A DNA stretch of 64,000 nt, taken from positions 5,704,001 through 5,768,000 of the forward strand of contig OX597835.1 in the NCBI GenBank assembly GCA_951406725.2, given 5' to 3'. The translations under genes were made by a program, and so were the position numbers. The stretch comes from Octopus vulgaris (Eukaryota). A model generated the notes under the pieces. That model was not told where the DNA came from. It saw only the letters and a program-made list of their open reading frames with translations, and made no database searches. Shown here piece after piece: positions 27,062 to 40,224 of this stretch (position 1 is the first letter of the stretch; the number at the start of each line of letters is the position of its first letter).

Positions 27062-27139
27062 GTGCAGACTGCTTTCACTATTTACATAGATCTTCAGAGA
27101 TATTTGAAGAAGTATGTAAATACTGAAACGAGACTACAA
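27062..27139. ncRNA. Back-to-back pair of degenerate hammerhead-like motifs
   Basis: Minus strand: CTGAAGA T CTAT GTAA ATAG T GAAAGCA GTC. Plus strand: TTGAAGA AGTAT GTAA ATACT GAAAC GA GAC. Confidence 0.45.
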
Positions 27140-27259
27140 GCCGTAAGTTATTGTTTTCAGTAAAATCAATAAACTTTACATCCCAGCTGACGTGTCCGTC
27201 CTCTAATCACATGATTACATACACACATACACACATACATACATACATACATACATACA

Positions 27260-27295
<36 letters not shown>

Positions 27296-27309
27296 TATAT
27301 ATATGTATG

Positions 27310-27388
<79 letters not shown>

Positions 27389-27418
27389 TATTATTATTTA
27401 TCCTTGAACGCCACACAT

Positions 27419-27469
<51 letters not shown>

Positions 27470-27749
27470 CGGAGCAAATATTATTTCAGTTATGAAGAGT
27501 TGAAATACACGACAGTTTTCTGGGCATGTCCTCCATTTTAACAATGTTTTTATAAATATTCTTATAAGTTCGCTGTTGTGTAATTATGAAACACTGGGCT
27601 TCTCACTTTCAGAATGAAAGTTTACAGAACTTCAAAAACTTCATAATGTCAGCATTGAGATGAAGTGTAATACATACATATATCTACATACGTACAAACA
27701 CAAACACTTACACACACTCGCTCACACACACACATGTACACACCCACGT

Positions 27750-27817
<68 letters not shown>

Positions 27818-28105
27818 TTTGGTCATTGTTATATATGCTCTATAAAACTTTTTAACAAAAAGTTCAGCGTGTGAATAAATCGACAAACACTTCTTGGTTT
27901 TCAATTCATATATATATATATACATATATATATACACATATATATATACATATATATATATACATTTATATATACATATATATATGTATATATGTATGTA
28001 TGTATGTGTTATGCATTTATGTATGTATATATGTATACATATATATGTATATATGTTTATATGCATACACATACACACATTTATGTACACACACGCATAT
28101 TTATA

Positions 28106-28176
<71 letters not shown>

Positions 28177-28373
28177 CGTATATATATATGTATGTTTGTG
28201 TGTGTGTGTGAAAGGAAGGAGGACGCCAATGGAATTTCATTGAAAAAACTTGAAATGATACGAAACTAAAAGTTAGTTCTATATACATATACATGTATGA
28301 ACATATGTATGTACTATTTATATATGTGTGTACGTACGTACGTACGTATGTATGTATGTATGTATGTATGTGT

Positions 28374-28770
28374 GTCATTATTCAGTTTTATTTCAAGATT
28401 TCTTGCCAATAGAGAATGAGCCGATTTCTAACCTAGATCCAATGTTGCTTAATTGGAATTTCAACAACATCAACAGGATGTGTATGTATGTATGTATGTA
28501 TGTATGTATGGATGGATGGATGGATGGATGGATGGATGGATGGATGGATGGATGGATGGATGGGATGGATGGAGGGAGGGATGGTTAGATGGAGGGAGGG
28601 AGGGATGGTTGGAGGGAGAGATGGTTGGAGGGAGAGATGGTTGGAGGGAGGGATGGATGAGTGGGTGGCTAATTGGGTGGATGGGTGGATGGATATGTGC
28701 AGATTTGCCTATTTTGTTTTATACATGTATTCTCATGTACATAGTTGCATGCCTAGATATGCTCATATAT
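28374..28770 (+). mobile_element. Unclassified interspersed repeat family F with internal tetranucleotide tract
   Basis: GTCATTATTCAGTTTTATTTCAAGATTTCTTGCCAATA...CTAACCTAGAT and TGTGCAGATTTG...ATAGTTGCAT..CTAGA.ATGCTCATATATA recur at 43505-43720. Confidence 0.75.
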
Positions 28771-28808
28771 AATTATGCCTAAACAAGCTCATATATGGAT
28801 GGATAGAT

Positions 28809-28843
28809 CCTAACCCTAACCCTAACTCTAACCCTAACCCTAA
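28809..28843. repeat. Short interstitial (CCCTAA)n telomere-type repeat
   Basis: CCTAACCCTAACCCTAACTCTAACCCTAACCCTAA. Confidence 0.85.
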
Positions 28844-29076
28844 AATTAAGTGAATATCGTGAATAAAACAGGGTTTACTGGTGGCACAATATATATTTCT
28901 GGAAGGGAATAGATGCCAGAAAAGCTTTGGAATCACAGCATGTGAGAAGTCTCGGAGAGAATTTGTATATAAGAAAGGTAAGAAAAAAAAGAAAGAAAGA
29001 GGAAGGAAAATGAAGGCGAAGTAAGTACTTGATATAAAAGTGATAAATTAATGCTGCGTGAAAGGGGAGGGTAGAG

Positions 29077-29139
29077 GAAGAAGAAGAAGAAGAAGAAGAA
29101 GAAGAAGAAGAAGAAGAAGAAGAAGAAGAAGAAGAAGAC

Positions 29140-29184
<45 letters not shown>

Positions 29185-29205
29185 GAAGACGAAGAAGAAG
29201 AAGAA

Positions 29206-29281
<76 letters not shown>

Positions 29282-29282
29282 T

Positions 29283-29326
<44 letters not shown>

Positions 29327-29476
29327 GTGGTGGTGATGATGATGATGATGATGATGGCGATGACGATGACGATGACGATGAAGAAGAAGAAGAAGAAGAA
29401 GAAGAAGAAGAAGAAGAAGAAGAAGAAGAAGAAGAAGAAGAAGAAGAAGAAGAAGAAGAAGAAGAAGAAGAAGAAG
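29077..29476. repeat. Compound (GAA)n(GAT)n(GAA)n(GAT)n(GAA)n microsatellite
   Basis: Direct reading. Confidence 0.97.
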
Positions 29477-30318
29477 ATAACGAACGTTGGGTAGATAATT
29501 AATCTTGTCTGTGCAATTTGGGTTTGTCAAGTGATGGATGGAGTAAAATATAAATGAAGAAGGGAGAATGGCAGAAAATGTAGGTGAACTTAAGGTAATT
29601 TTTTACAAATTTACGGTGGCATAGGTATTAAGTGTTGATTATGTTAACCTGAAGAAGTAGGACAAGAGAAGGAAAAGTGGTCAACAGACTCTAACGGAAG
29701 AGGATGTAATAAATAATAAAATAAACGAGCCAAGGGACGTTTATTAGTGGAGTTCTGGCAGAAATATATAGCTAAGTAATGTTAAATTACTCTGATCTGC
29801 AGTAATTGTATCTTTTGTAAATGTGAATGCGGTGTAACACTAATTTTACAGTATTGATTCCAGATATGGAACTTTAACCTAGAAATTCGGCAACATTTTT
29901 GGCATTTTAAGAAAATTATAGCATTAATTTTTCGCTTCAAAACATTCCATTCGTTTAAAACTAAAGGAATACCTGCAAGGTATTTGAAACATAGAAGTCA
30001 AGTTAAATCTTTTTCACGGTTTTAAATGCTGCAACGAAGTAACAATATTACAGGAAAAGAAAGAACCAGAATGCACCATTGTAAGACAATAAATCGTGTC
30101 CCTGTTGCGACGGTTCCATAATGCATTAAATTACATAAAATAGTATTTAGAGTTTTCACACATCTCAGCATAAGTGTTGAGATCTAAGCAGGATAAGAAT
30201 AAGCAGCTAGTAATTTTTGTCGATATTGCACAGAAGAAAAAAAGACTATTTGCTGTGCTTCGTTGTGGAAGTTCGCCTTATTTACTGATAATACTAATGT
30301 TGTGCTAAATGTCTAAAG

Positions 30319-30511
30319 CAGTGCTTTTCAAACTTTTTGCTGGAGCGGAACCCCAAGGAAACATTCCACTGGCTCGAGGAACCCCTGTGCAATAATTTAA
30401 TAGTCTAATACACACACATATCTGCACAGGAGAATTAAAAATTACTGCCAATTTTAGCAGTTTTGTAACTTCTTGCGGAACCCCTGGACTGTACTGCACT
30501 GAAAACCATTG
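30319..30511. mobile_element. hAT (Charlie-type) MITE with 8-bp TSD
   Basis: TIRs CAGTGCTTTTCA / TGAAAACCATTG; perfect TSD GTCTAAAG at 30311-30318 and 30512-30519; three internal GGAACCCC motifs. Confidence 0.9.
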
Positions 30512-30822
30512 GTCTAAAGTATTAAGCAGACGAATGAACAGTTTTCGTTAGCGCTAAAAGGACCACTTTATAGATTTATTTATTATAGCTGTTTTTTAAT
30601 AGAAAAGCATTTGCTAAAGATTGGCCACCTGGTATATCAAAACCGAAGTTATGGAACTATGAAAATGATGCTGAAGAAAACTTAATACCTTGGGGACGAT
30701 TCTGAGATTTAAAATCGATTCGCAAAACAATACAATTACTCACAAACATTTTTATATTTATGAATCATAATTATTAAAATATATATCATATATATATGTG
30801 ATATATATTTTGATAATTAGTA

Positions 30823-31215
30823 GGCATAGGAGTGGCTGTGTGGTAAGTAGCTTGCTTACCAAACACATGGTTCCGGGTTCGGTCCCACTGCGTGGAACCT
30901 TGGGCAAGTATTTTCTACTATAGCCTCGGGCCGACCAAAGCCTTGTGAGTGAATTTGATAGACGGAAACTGAAAGAAGCCCGTCGTATATATGTATGTAT
31001 ATATATATATATGTGTGTGTGTGTATACGTTTGTGTGTCAGTGTTTGACAACCGATGCTGGTGTGTTTACGTCCCCGTAACTTAGCGTTTAGACAAAATA
31101 GGCCGATAGAATAAGTACTAAGCTTACAAAGAATAAATCCTGGGGTCGATTTGCTAGACTAAAGGTGGTGCTCCGGCATGGCCACAGTCAAATGACTGAA
31201 ACAAGTAAAAGAGTA
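30823..31215 (+). mobile_element. Full-length SINE family A (reference copy)
   Basis: Head GGCATAGGAGTGGCTGTGTGGTAAG, B box GGTTCGGTCCC, CCTTGGGCAAGT, internal TA/TG tract, tail GACTGAAACAAGTAAAAGAGTA. Confidence 0.93.
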
Positions 31216-31325
31216 TATGTACACATGCTATTTGTCCGCTCTAAATTTGATAGTTTGCATAAAAAGGAAAAAAAGAAAACACATTATCCCATCCAAAAGT
31301 AAACGGTTTTAAATAAAAATATATC

Positions 31326-31552
31326 CGTTTCTTTATTACCCACAAGGGGCTACACACAGAGGAGACAAACAAGGACAGACAAACGGATTAAGTCGATTAC
31401 ATGACCCCAGTGCGTAACTGGTACTTAATTTATCGACCCCGAAAGGATGAAAAGCAAAGTCGACCTCGGCGGAATTTGAACTCAGAACGTAACGGCAGAC
31501 GAAATACAGCTACGCATTTCGCCTGGCGTGCTAACGGTTCTGCCAGCTCGCC
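31326..31552 (-). mobile_element. Full-length SINE family B with 18-bp TSD
   Basis: TSD TTTAAATAAAAATATATC at 31308-31325 and 31553-31570. Confidence 0.93.
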
Positions 31553-31603
31553 TTTAAATAAAAATATATCAACTCGAGTATGGTTGGGAGACAACAGTTT
31601 ACT

Positions 31604-31850
31604 TAAAGTGGCCCCACTGAGCTTCCCCGGGACTCAAGACAGCTCCAGAACGTGGAACATGCCTTCCTCAGTGTATTCATGGGTGGTTCTTTGAACACTT
31701 CTCTGGTCTTGACCACTAACTTAGCCTTGGCATTACAGGCAGAGCAGGTGGTGGCTTTGTCAACCGCACTCCACGCATAGTAATCTACAGGACTACAATT
31801 CGAGGAATTTTGGAAGACTAGAAACTGAAGCTAGGAGAGCCGTTGAAATT
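31604..31850 (-). mobile_element. Tc1/mariner transposase C-terminal remnant, maT/DD37D-like
   Basis: NSSNCSPVDYYAWSAVDKAT...KLVVKTREVFKE...LRKACSTFWSCLE, cf. NSPDxNPLDYxxW...KACxxFxxRLE. Confidence 0.75.
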
Positions 31851-32094
31851 CTCCTGCAACCACTTTTGAATTAGTAGTAATGATGGTAGTTAGAGTGCTG
31901 GTGGGGTGGTGGTGTTGGTGGTGGTGGTCGTCGTCGTGTGATGGTGGTGGTGCTTGGAGTTGCAATAGAAATGGTGCTGTTGATGTTTTTTTGTTTTTTT
32001 TCAAATTCGTAGGACCGATGCCTGAGCATGTGCCTTCAAATAAACAGTATTTCTATGCACGTTTTACACATAAAAATCAACCAATTGTTTTAAT

Positions 32095-32136
<42 letters not shown>

Positions 32137-32725
32137 GATGTTGCTGTTGTGTATTGTAGAACCTTTCGTTATGTCCATGTTAATGGTTGCTGTTGCAGAG
32201 TTGTTGACTTTTGTGAGCCGAAACAACAGGTTTTTTCTATACAAGATTCCCCCTATCAAAAGAGCGGATGGTTTTAATGATTAGAGTTTATTGTAGCGAT
32301 GGGGATAATGGTCGAATTGGTACGGCTTGTTGCAAGACTGCAGCTGTTTGTGGTCGAATTGGAAGTGGGTTGTGATGTAAAAGATGGCAATGTTCGAGAT
32401 CAGAAACTAAACAACAAGTTTTCTATGAAAGAATCACCCATCAGAATAACGGCACAAAAGCAAACCGGAGCTGAATAGAAAACATTCGAAGAATCCTTTT
32501 ATAAGGTGTAAAAACGCTTGAAATGGAACTGGATACTTTTAATATTTTTTTTTTTAATATTTTTTCTTGTTTTTTTTTTTCTTTTTCGCTTTCTGCAAAC
32601 TTCGCGGAAAAAGCATGAAAAAAAATATGGCTACTTCAAATAATTTTGCCATTAATTATATTTTGTTTTCATTGTGTTTGTTTATTTTTGTGAACGCCAG
32701 TCTTACATGTGTGTGTGCGTGTGTT

Positions 32726-32768
<43 letters not shown>

Positions 32769-32778
32769 TTGCATGCCA

Positions 32779-32943
32779 GTGTGTGTGCACTTTAGGCACG
32801 CGTGTCTGTACGTGTGAATTCGTGTGATAGTGTGTGTATGTGAGTCTGTGTGTTTGCGTGTATGTGTGTGTATGCATGCATGCCTGTGTGTGTGCACTTT
32901 AGGCACGCGTGTCTGTACGTGTGAATCCGTGTGATAGTGTGTG
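32779..32943. repeat. Local tandem duplication, period ~108 bp
   Basis: GTGTGTGCACTTTAGGCACGCGTGTCTGTACGTGTGAAT.CGTGTGATAGTGTGTG occurs twice. Confidence 0.9.
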
Positions 32944-33264
32944 TGTGTGTGTGTGTGTCTGTTTCTTTTGTTTAGATGTTCTAATATCTTAATTCAATAT
33001 TACTTGTTAATATGCGAAAATAAGAATATAAAAAAAAAGCAACAACCGCATGTATATGTAGACCTCTATGCATGATTATGCACGTGTGTGTGTGTTTGCA
33101 CATCTATATGTATATATCTGTGTGTGCATGTGTGTATGTGTGTATGTGTGTGCGTGTGAGTGTATATTTTGTAACACGGTCTACAGGAGTTGACATGTTA
33201 GCTTTTAGAAGTTAGCAAATAATAATATCAACAACGACAAAACAACAACAAAAACAACAACAAC

Positions 33265-33301
<37 letters not shown>

Positions 33302-34307
33302 GCAGCAACAACAACAACAGCAACAAAAATGATAAATTGAATATTTCTCTCAATGTAACGCTATATTGATCATTACACTGTAATACGTATAGGAAGGGGG
33401 AGGGAGACGGATGGAGGGGAGAGGGGAGGGAGAGGGAGAGGCAGGGAAACAAAAGGAGAGAACTATAAGGTTAGAAACGGAGAGCGAAAGACATAATGCC
33501 TTAGAGAGGGAGGTGATGGAAGGAGGTGGGAAGAGAAGGGAAGAGGAGGAGCGGGAGCATGAAGGAGGGGGGAGGAAGAAGGAGGAATGGTAAAAGACAC
33601 AGTAGAAAAAAAAAAAACCCACTTATCGATTGAAAATGGCGAAGTGAATCTAAAAGATAAAAAGTGATGAAACTTCATCTAATAAAAAGATTATGTTTTT
33701 TTTCTTCTTGTTTTGTTTTTTTCTTTTCTATCATTTTATTGTTTGTTCGTATGTGAGAGAGAATAATGGAATAATAGAGAGAAGAAGAAGAATAAAAAAA
33801 AAACGAAATCAATGTCTTTATGTAACGGTAGAAGAATGGGAGTGGTGGTGGGAGTGGGAGTGGTGGTGCTGGTGGGAGTGAGCTCATCTCTAACAGTAGA
33901 CTGGTGTTGGGCTTTTTTTACATTATCACATCTGCGTTCAAATCTGATTTTTCTAATCAATATATATATATATATATATATATACAATACTCAATATGCA
34001 CATGTGTGTATACATGCTATATGTGTGTATGTGTGTAATCAGGGATTTTACGGGACCAGTGACACAAGAAGGGTACAAGGTATTTTTTTCCTTGTTTTAA
34101 TCTCGTCTCAGTTATCGATAAGGTTGTGGAGTGCGTCCCTCCGTGTTGAGGCGTCGTTGGTTTAGTAAATTAATTAAGAAATTAACTAATTAAATTTATT
34201 TTGATAAATGAGACAAATGTAAACATAAGAACACAAATTAATTTATTTGTCTATTCCGAATTGTAATTCTATTAGCGCAAACGTCCGGAGTTCTGCTTGT
34301 ATGCATG

Positions 34308-34339
<32 letters not shown>

Positions 34340-34340
<1 letters not shown>

Positions 34341-34599
34341 ATAGAATACTGAGAGGGATGCAGTGAACTTGCCGTGAAGAGTGGAATATCTAACGTTTCG
34401 GATTAATACTTTCGTCAGGGGGCAGAGAAAAAGAGAAGATAAAGAGAAAAACGTCAAACAGAGTCAGAGTTTACATCCACTCAGCTGAGAGGAAGTAAAC
34501 TCTATTTGACATTTTCCTCTTTATATTCTCTTCTTCGCTGCCCTCTGACGAAGGATTGAATCCGAAACGTTCACTGTACCCCTTTCACTCTTTTCTATA
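34340..34599. mobile_element. Fold-back element with a hammerhead core on each arm
   Basis: Imperfect palindrome centred on CTCAGCTGAG (34480-34489); plus strand 34545-34572 CTGACGA A GGAT TGA ATCC GAAAC GTTC; minus strand 34418-34392 CTGACGA AAGTATTAATCC GAAAC GTT. Confidence 0.75.
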
Positions 34600-34648
34600 T
34601 TTTTTCAAGTCTTTCCGACGTAGAGCTGCTAAATTATTGCCTGATCAT

Positions 34649-34710
<62 letters not shown>

Positions 34711-34981
34711 GGAGTTTAGTTCACCGGCTACTTAAACCGGTTAGGTACGCTAGGTGAGTGCTGTATCGGATTATGTACGGGTTGTTACGGAGACATTGCA
34801 GATTTCCGATGCAGTGGATATATAATTGTTAAAAAAGACAACAAACATATATATATATATATGTATAAATGTGTGAGTGTGTGTGCGTATGTATGTGTCT
34901 GTGCCTGTGTGTCTGTGCATGCGTGTGTCTGTATGAGTAGAGAGTGAGAGACAGAGTTTCATATATACATACCAATGTATA

Positions 34982-35988
34982 TTAGGTTGGGAACAAAGTC
35001 CTGTCGTGTGTCAAGATACGAAAGAAATGAATGTTTTATTGGTCGTAATTGACATATATATAATGAAGAAAACATCTCCATTATCGATAGCATAATCCCA
35101 CCAATTTTGCCAGATTGTTGATCTTTCGCGCCTAAACGTCTTCGGGTTTCGAAGCAAAGTAACACAATATTACTTTTAACTTCACAGTCATCTGCAAAGT
35201 TGATATTCAAAGGAGAAAGTCCAGAAGAAAGAGGAGGCTGACGAAAAGTCTTCATATTCAGTGCCATATTCGTTTCTTGAGTGACTTTGGCAATATGTGG
35301 TCTTGCGTTGTCGTTTAACAGCAACGTCCACCCAATTACGACTGACCAGTGATGGACAATTCACGGTAATTTTTCTCGACCACAATAATTCACCGCATTA
35401 ACTGTTTCATTTTGAACTAATACTTTATGACGGACAACATTCTTCGTACCCCACCAAACTCAGAGTATAACATTTTTCTGGTATACTCCTAGTTTGACGA
35501 GCAGAGGACAACTCTTTGATTGAGCTGAGAAACTCAATGTGTGATGAGTTCAGGCACTTTCTTCTTGTTCGTGAAGTTGTTTTATGATCGAAGTGTGACT
35601 TGAATAAAAGTGTCTTGGTTTTCAGAAGCTCAATATTGCCAAACCTTGGTCATCTAGATCGAGGGAAATGTACGAGAGAAAACTTGTCCAAGGGAAAATT
35701 GCGGAACCATAATTAGCATGCCCGGATACTTAATACTTCATTTACACAGGCAGAACGAATATTTCCTGCCGCTTCCATTACTGCAGAGCCTTGTTTGAAT
35801 TCATGCAACTCGAGTCTCTGATAAATGTCTGAACCAAACTCATCTTGAAAGGATAAAATCGATAGGAATAAAATAATCTCGAAAGAAAATATTTAAATGG
35901 AACAATTAATGTTTATTTTACCATAAATGTAGAAAGACAATTCCCGAAATGATCGTATCAGAAATGCGTCAGGACATGGCAAACTGAT
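34982..35988 (-). mobile_element. Decayed, internally deleted mariner (DD34D) transposon
   Basis: TIR TA|TTAGGTTGGGAACAAAGTCCTGTCG with a degenerate partner near 35967-35988; motifs EFKQG...EAAGNI...WFRNF...PRSR*P, VWWG, LLNDNARPH, QPPLSSGLSP. Confidence 0.88.
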
Positions 35989-35998
35989 ATATATGCAT

Positions 35999-36048
<50 letters not shown>

Positions 36049-36149
36049 ACAAACAAACAAGCAAACACAGATACACATACACACACACACACATATATAT
36101 ATAAATATATATATATATATATTTACACACACACACACATATATATATA

Positions 36150-36219
<70 letters not shown>

Positions 36220-36229
36220 TGTATATATA

Positions 36230-36525
36230 CCCGACTTCAACATGTTCAGTTCAATGAAGGGCCGTGATCGGGGACAAGGATTTCATGACAAAGCTATAAG
36301 ACTTTGTGAAGGAGCACATACCAGAGTGGCCATCTGAGTTTTTGGTTTTTCACGCATGTTTCGAGAGATGAACTCAGCAATGGCGAAAATGTATCGCATG
36401 TATTGGAGACCATATTGAGCAGTACGTTTGTACAACGGAAGATTTACTCAACCGCCGTATCCAATGTAAACAATGTAAAAAGGAATTATAATAATTTCTA
36501 CATTACCTTCAGAACAACCATCACG
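36230..36525 (+). mobile_element. Second mariner 3' fragment
   Basis: [15 protein letters not shown] (cf. SDFHLFxxLK..LRGxxF) and QWRKCIACIGDHIE (cf. RWxKCIxxxGDYVE); TIR-like CATTACCTTCAGAACAACCATC. Confidence 0.65.
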
Positions 36526-36659
36526 CACACGTCAAGATCACCAGCCCTCTTCCACACGCACATACGAACTCTCTTATATACACACATGCGCGCAACTTCG
36601 TTTTGGGATCACCACTACTTTATTATCTCTCCTTCTCCCTAGCTCTCCTGTGTGACCCT

Positions 36660-36864
36660 TATGTCCAGCATTAACCATGATAGATCGCTAGCTACGACAC
36701 ACTCTTTGTTTTCTCTCCTTGTTTCTTTCTGTGTTCCTTTCTGTGGAAGAGCGTAGGCTCGAAATCTTAAAGACTTTTTCACTTCCCGAGCGTTATACTA
36801 ATGCATCTGTTTGTTTTTGTACACCACCTGTCTTCGTCTTTTGTTTTTCTTTTGTGAATTCTCC
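36660..36864 (+). mobile_element. Cassette family D copy with hammerhead-like fold
   Basis: Reverse complement of 63753-63943; 36737-36772 CTTT CTGTGGA A GAGC GTAG GCTC GAAAT CTT AAAG. Confidence 0.75.
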
Positions 36865-36869
36865 ACCAA

Positions 36870-36958
36870 AATTGGTGGAATTTGAACTCAGAACCTATCG
36901 GCAGACAATACACCGCTAAGCATTTCGCCCGATGTGCTAACAATTCTATCAACTCGCC
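36870..36958 (-). mobile_element. SINE family B head
   Basis: GAATTTGAACTCAGAAC...CCGCTAAGCATTTCGCCCG...CTCGCC. Confidence 0.8.
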
Positions 36959-36965
36959 GATTTTG

Positions 36966-36997
36966 TAATAATAATAATAATAATAATGATAATAATG

Positions 36998-37062
<65 letters not shown>

Positions 37063-37139
37063 GAGGAACGGACAGCAGAAGCAACAGTTGCAGTAGCAGC
37101 AGCAGCAGCGGCAGTAGCAGCAGCAGCAACAGCAGCAGC

Positions 37140-37201
<62 letters not shown>

Positions 37202-37267
37202 CAGCCGATGAAGTAAAATAGAACGAAAGAAGGAAAGAAAGAAGGAAAGAAGGAAGAAAGAAAGAAA

Positions 37268-37300
<33 letters not shown>

Positions 37301-37312
37301 CAAGAAAGCAAG
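36966..37312. repeat. Compound (AAT)n, (GCA)n, (GTA)n, (GAAA)n microsatellites
   Basis: Direct reading. Confidence 0.95.
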
Positions 37313-37571
37313 AAGGAGACAATTGGTTGAAAATTGCAAATTGTTCATAGTTGTGGAAAAGTCATACGGCGGTCGTCCATTTTGTTTTAATGCAAGATTT
37401 ATGTTTCTGCCTCAAAAGCCATAAAACAGAAGACGAAAATAAACAGAAAAGCACCATCACCCCACACCACCCCCAACCCCGACACCACCCCATCCCCAAC
37501 TTCTCATAGAAAAATGGATTTCAGTAAATAAACAGTTCATTTCAAAGGAAGTAGGTCAAACAATAAAACTA

Positions 37572-37861
<290 letters not shown>

Positions 37862-38212
37862 GGATTTTGTCTTTGTGTTTTATATTCCAAGAGACTCCAC
37901 ACCAATTCCAGTGGCATCCATCATTAATCTTAAAAGATTTTCTATTTAAGACTAAAACAACTGACTTTATATAAAAACCAACCCCAAAATAAGCTGTTTT
38001 CATTATTGCACAATATTTTTCTTTCTTTCTCTCTTTCTCCTGAGCAACATTTTACGTTCTCGTCACAATTTCACATTTTTAATCGTCTTGTGTCTTCAAT
38101 ATCTAAAATATATCATTTTTGTTGTTCTTTGTATGTTCTTTTAAATTGTTGCTTTTCCTGGTGGAAGTGTATCTGTGCACGTGTATGTGTGTGTGAGTGT
38201 ATGTGTGTGTGA

Positions 38213-38252
<40 letters not shown>

Positions 38253-38330
38253 ATTTGTATGCCAGTGCGCATGCTTGTATTTTCGACGTCATTCATGTTG
38301 TTAGTGTGTTTTATTGAAATTCTCTGCAGT

Positions 38331-38706
38331 TGTATGTATGTATGTATGTATGTATGTATGTATGTATGTATGTATGTATGTATGTATGTATGTATGTATG
38401 TATGTATGTATGTATGTGTGTATGTATGTATGTATGTTTGTGTGCATGTATGTATGTATGTATGTATGTATATGTATGTGTATATGTATGCATGCATGCA
38501 TGTATGTATGTATGTATGTATGTATGTATGTATGTATGTATGTATGTATGTATGTATGTATGTATGTATGTATGTATGTATGTATGTATGTATGTATGTA
38601 TGTATGTATGTATGTATGTATGTATGTATGTATGTATGTATGTATGTATGTATGTATGTATGTATGTATGTATGTATGTATGTATGTATGTATGTATGTA
38701 TGTATG

Positions 38707-38740
<34 letters not shown>

Positions 38741-38770
38741 TGTATGTATGTATGTATGAAGGTATGTATG

Positions 38771-38801
<31 letters not shown>

Positions 38802-39007
38802 GTATGTATGTATGTATGTATGTATGTATGTATGTATGTATGTATGTATGTATGCATGCAATGTATGCATGTATGTATATATGTATGTATGTGTATATGT
38901 ATGTACGTATGTATATATGTATGTATGTATGTATGTATGAATGTATGTATGTATATATGTATGTATATATGTATTTATGCTTGTATGTATATATGTATGT
39001 ATGTATG
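38331..39007. repeat. (TATG)n microsatellite, ~675 bp
   Basis: Direct reading. Confidence 0.98.
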
Positions 39008-39654
39008 CCTGTATTATATATTTATGGTTTGTGTATGCTTCTTTGAAAGTATCGTCGATGCTTTTACATTTGTGAGTAGCACTAACTGTTGTGACTACTG
39101 GTATACGATGTTGTCGTTGATGCTGTTGTGTACCTTTTAAAATATTTCTGCAGGGGCCCCGCGTGGGTGTATGGCTGTTTGTGTCTCCTTTTAATCGTCA
39201 GTGTCTCTGCTCTTATCACTTCTGTGGCTGCTGTTCTCTGTGGTTGCGGGGGCGGTAGAAGTGGTGTTAATACTACAGTTTGTTGTTAGTATTATTGTCG
39301 TTGGACTTACTGTTGATGTTGTTGCTGTTGTTGTTGTCGTAATGTATGTTAATGTTTTTAGAATTTTGAATTTTCTTAATCTGTACCACTTCTTCGTTCC
39401 CCTCCACACGCATACGCATACGCATACACATACGCACACTTACACACACACTTACACACACACCTTTCCAACCAGTATTTTCAATTTCGAAGTCTAATCA
39501 AACATCAATCAATTTCCAGATCTTTACATCAACTTGAAAATATAGGAAGTGTTGCACAAATCAATCCAACAATCGAATACTCAACAACAAGAACAACAAC
39601 TACAACACACCCACACCTACACCCACACATACACGCACACATACATATATATAT

Positions 39655-39700
<46 letters not shown>

Positions 39701-40136
39701 ATATATATATACACATACATACACACACATATACATATATGTGTGTGTGTGCTTGTGTGTGTGTAACAAAACAGAAGAAACTACCACGGTTTAGTTTGCG
39801 TTTTGCTTCGTTAAACCAGTTTTCCATTTAATTAAGAATCATAATAAAACAACGGCCATTACTTAAGTAATGGTTGATGTTTCTCTCGCTACATGATCAA
39901 AGATTTTACTGAAGAGAGAGAGAGAGACAGAGACAGACAGACAGACAGACAGAGAAACAGAGTGAGAGTAAAGGAGAGAGACAGACAGACAGGCAGGCAG
40001 TCAGGCAGACAGACAAAGACTATGAGAGGGGAAGAATGTGGGAGAGTGAGATGGATGGAAGGAAATATTAAAACTACATAATCTTTCTCCATATTAGTTC
40101 ATTATTTCCTCCATATGCAAATGATGTGTTTTGTAT

Positions 40137-40216
<80 letters not shown>

Positions 40217-40224
<8 letters not shown>

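Noticed and set aside
28809-28843. Chromosome end or fusion site
   Set aside because: Only about six units, in one orientation, with no subtelomeric context.
39140-39290. GC-richer island after TTTCTGCAG as a possible exon
   Set aside because: No good donor or recognisable peptide.
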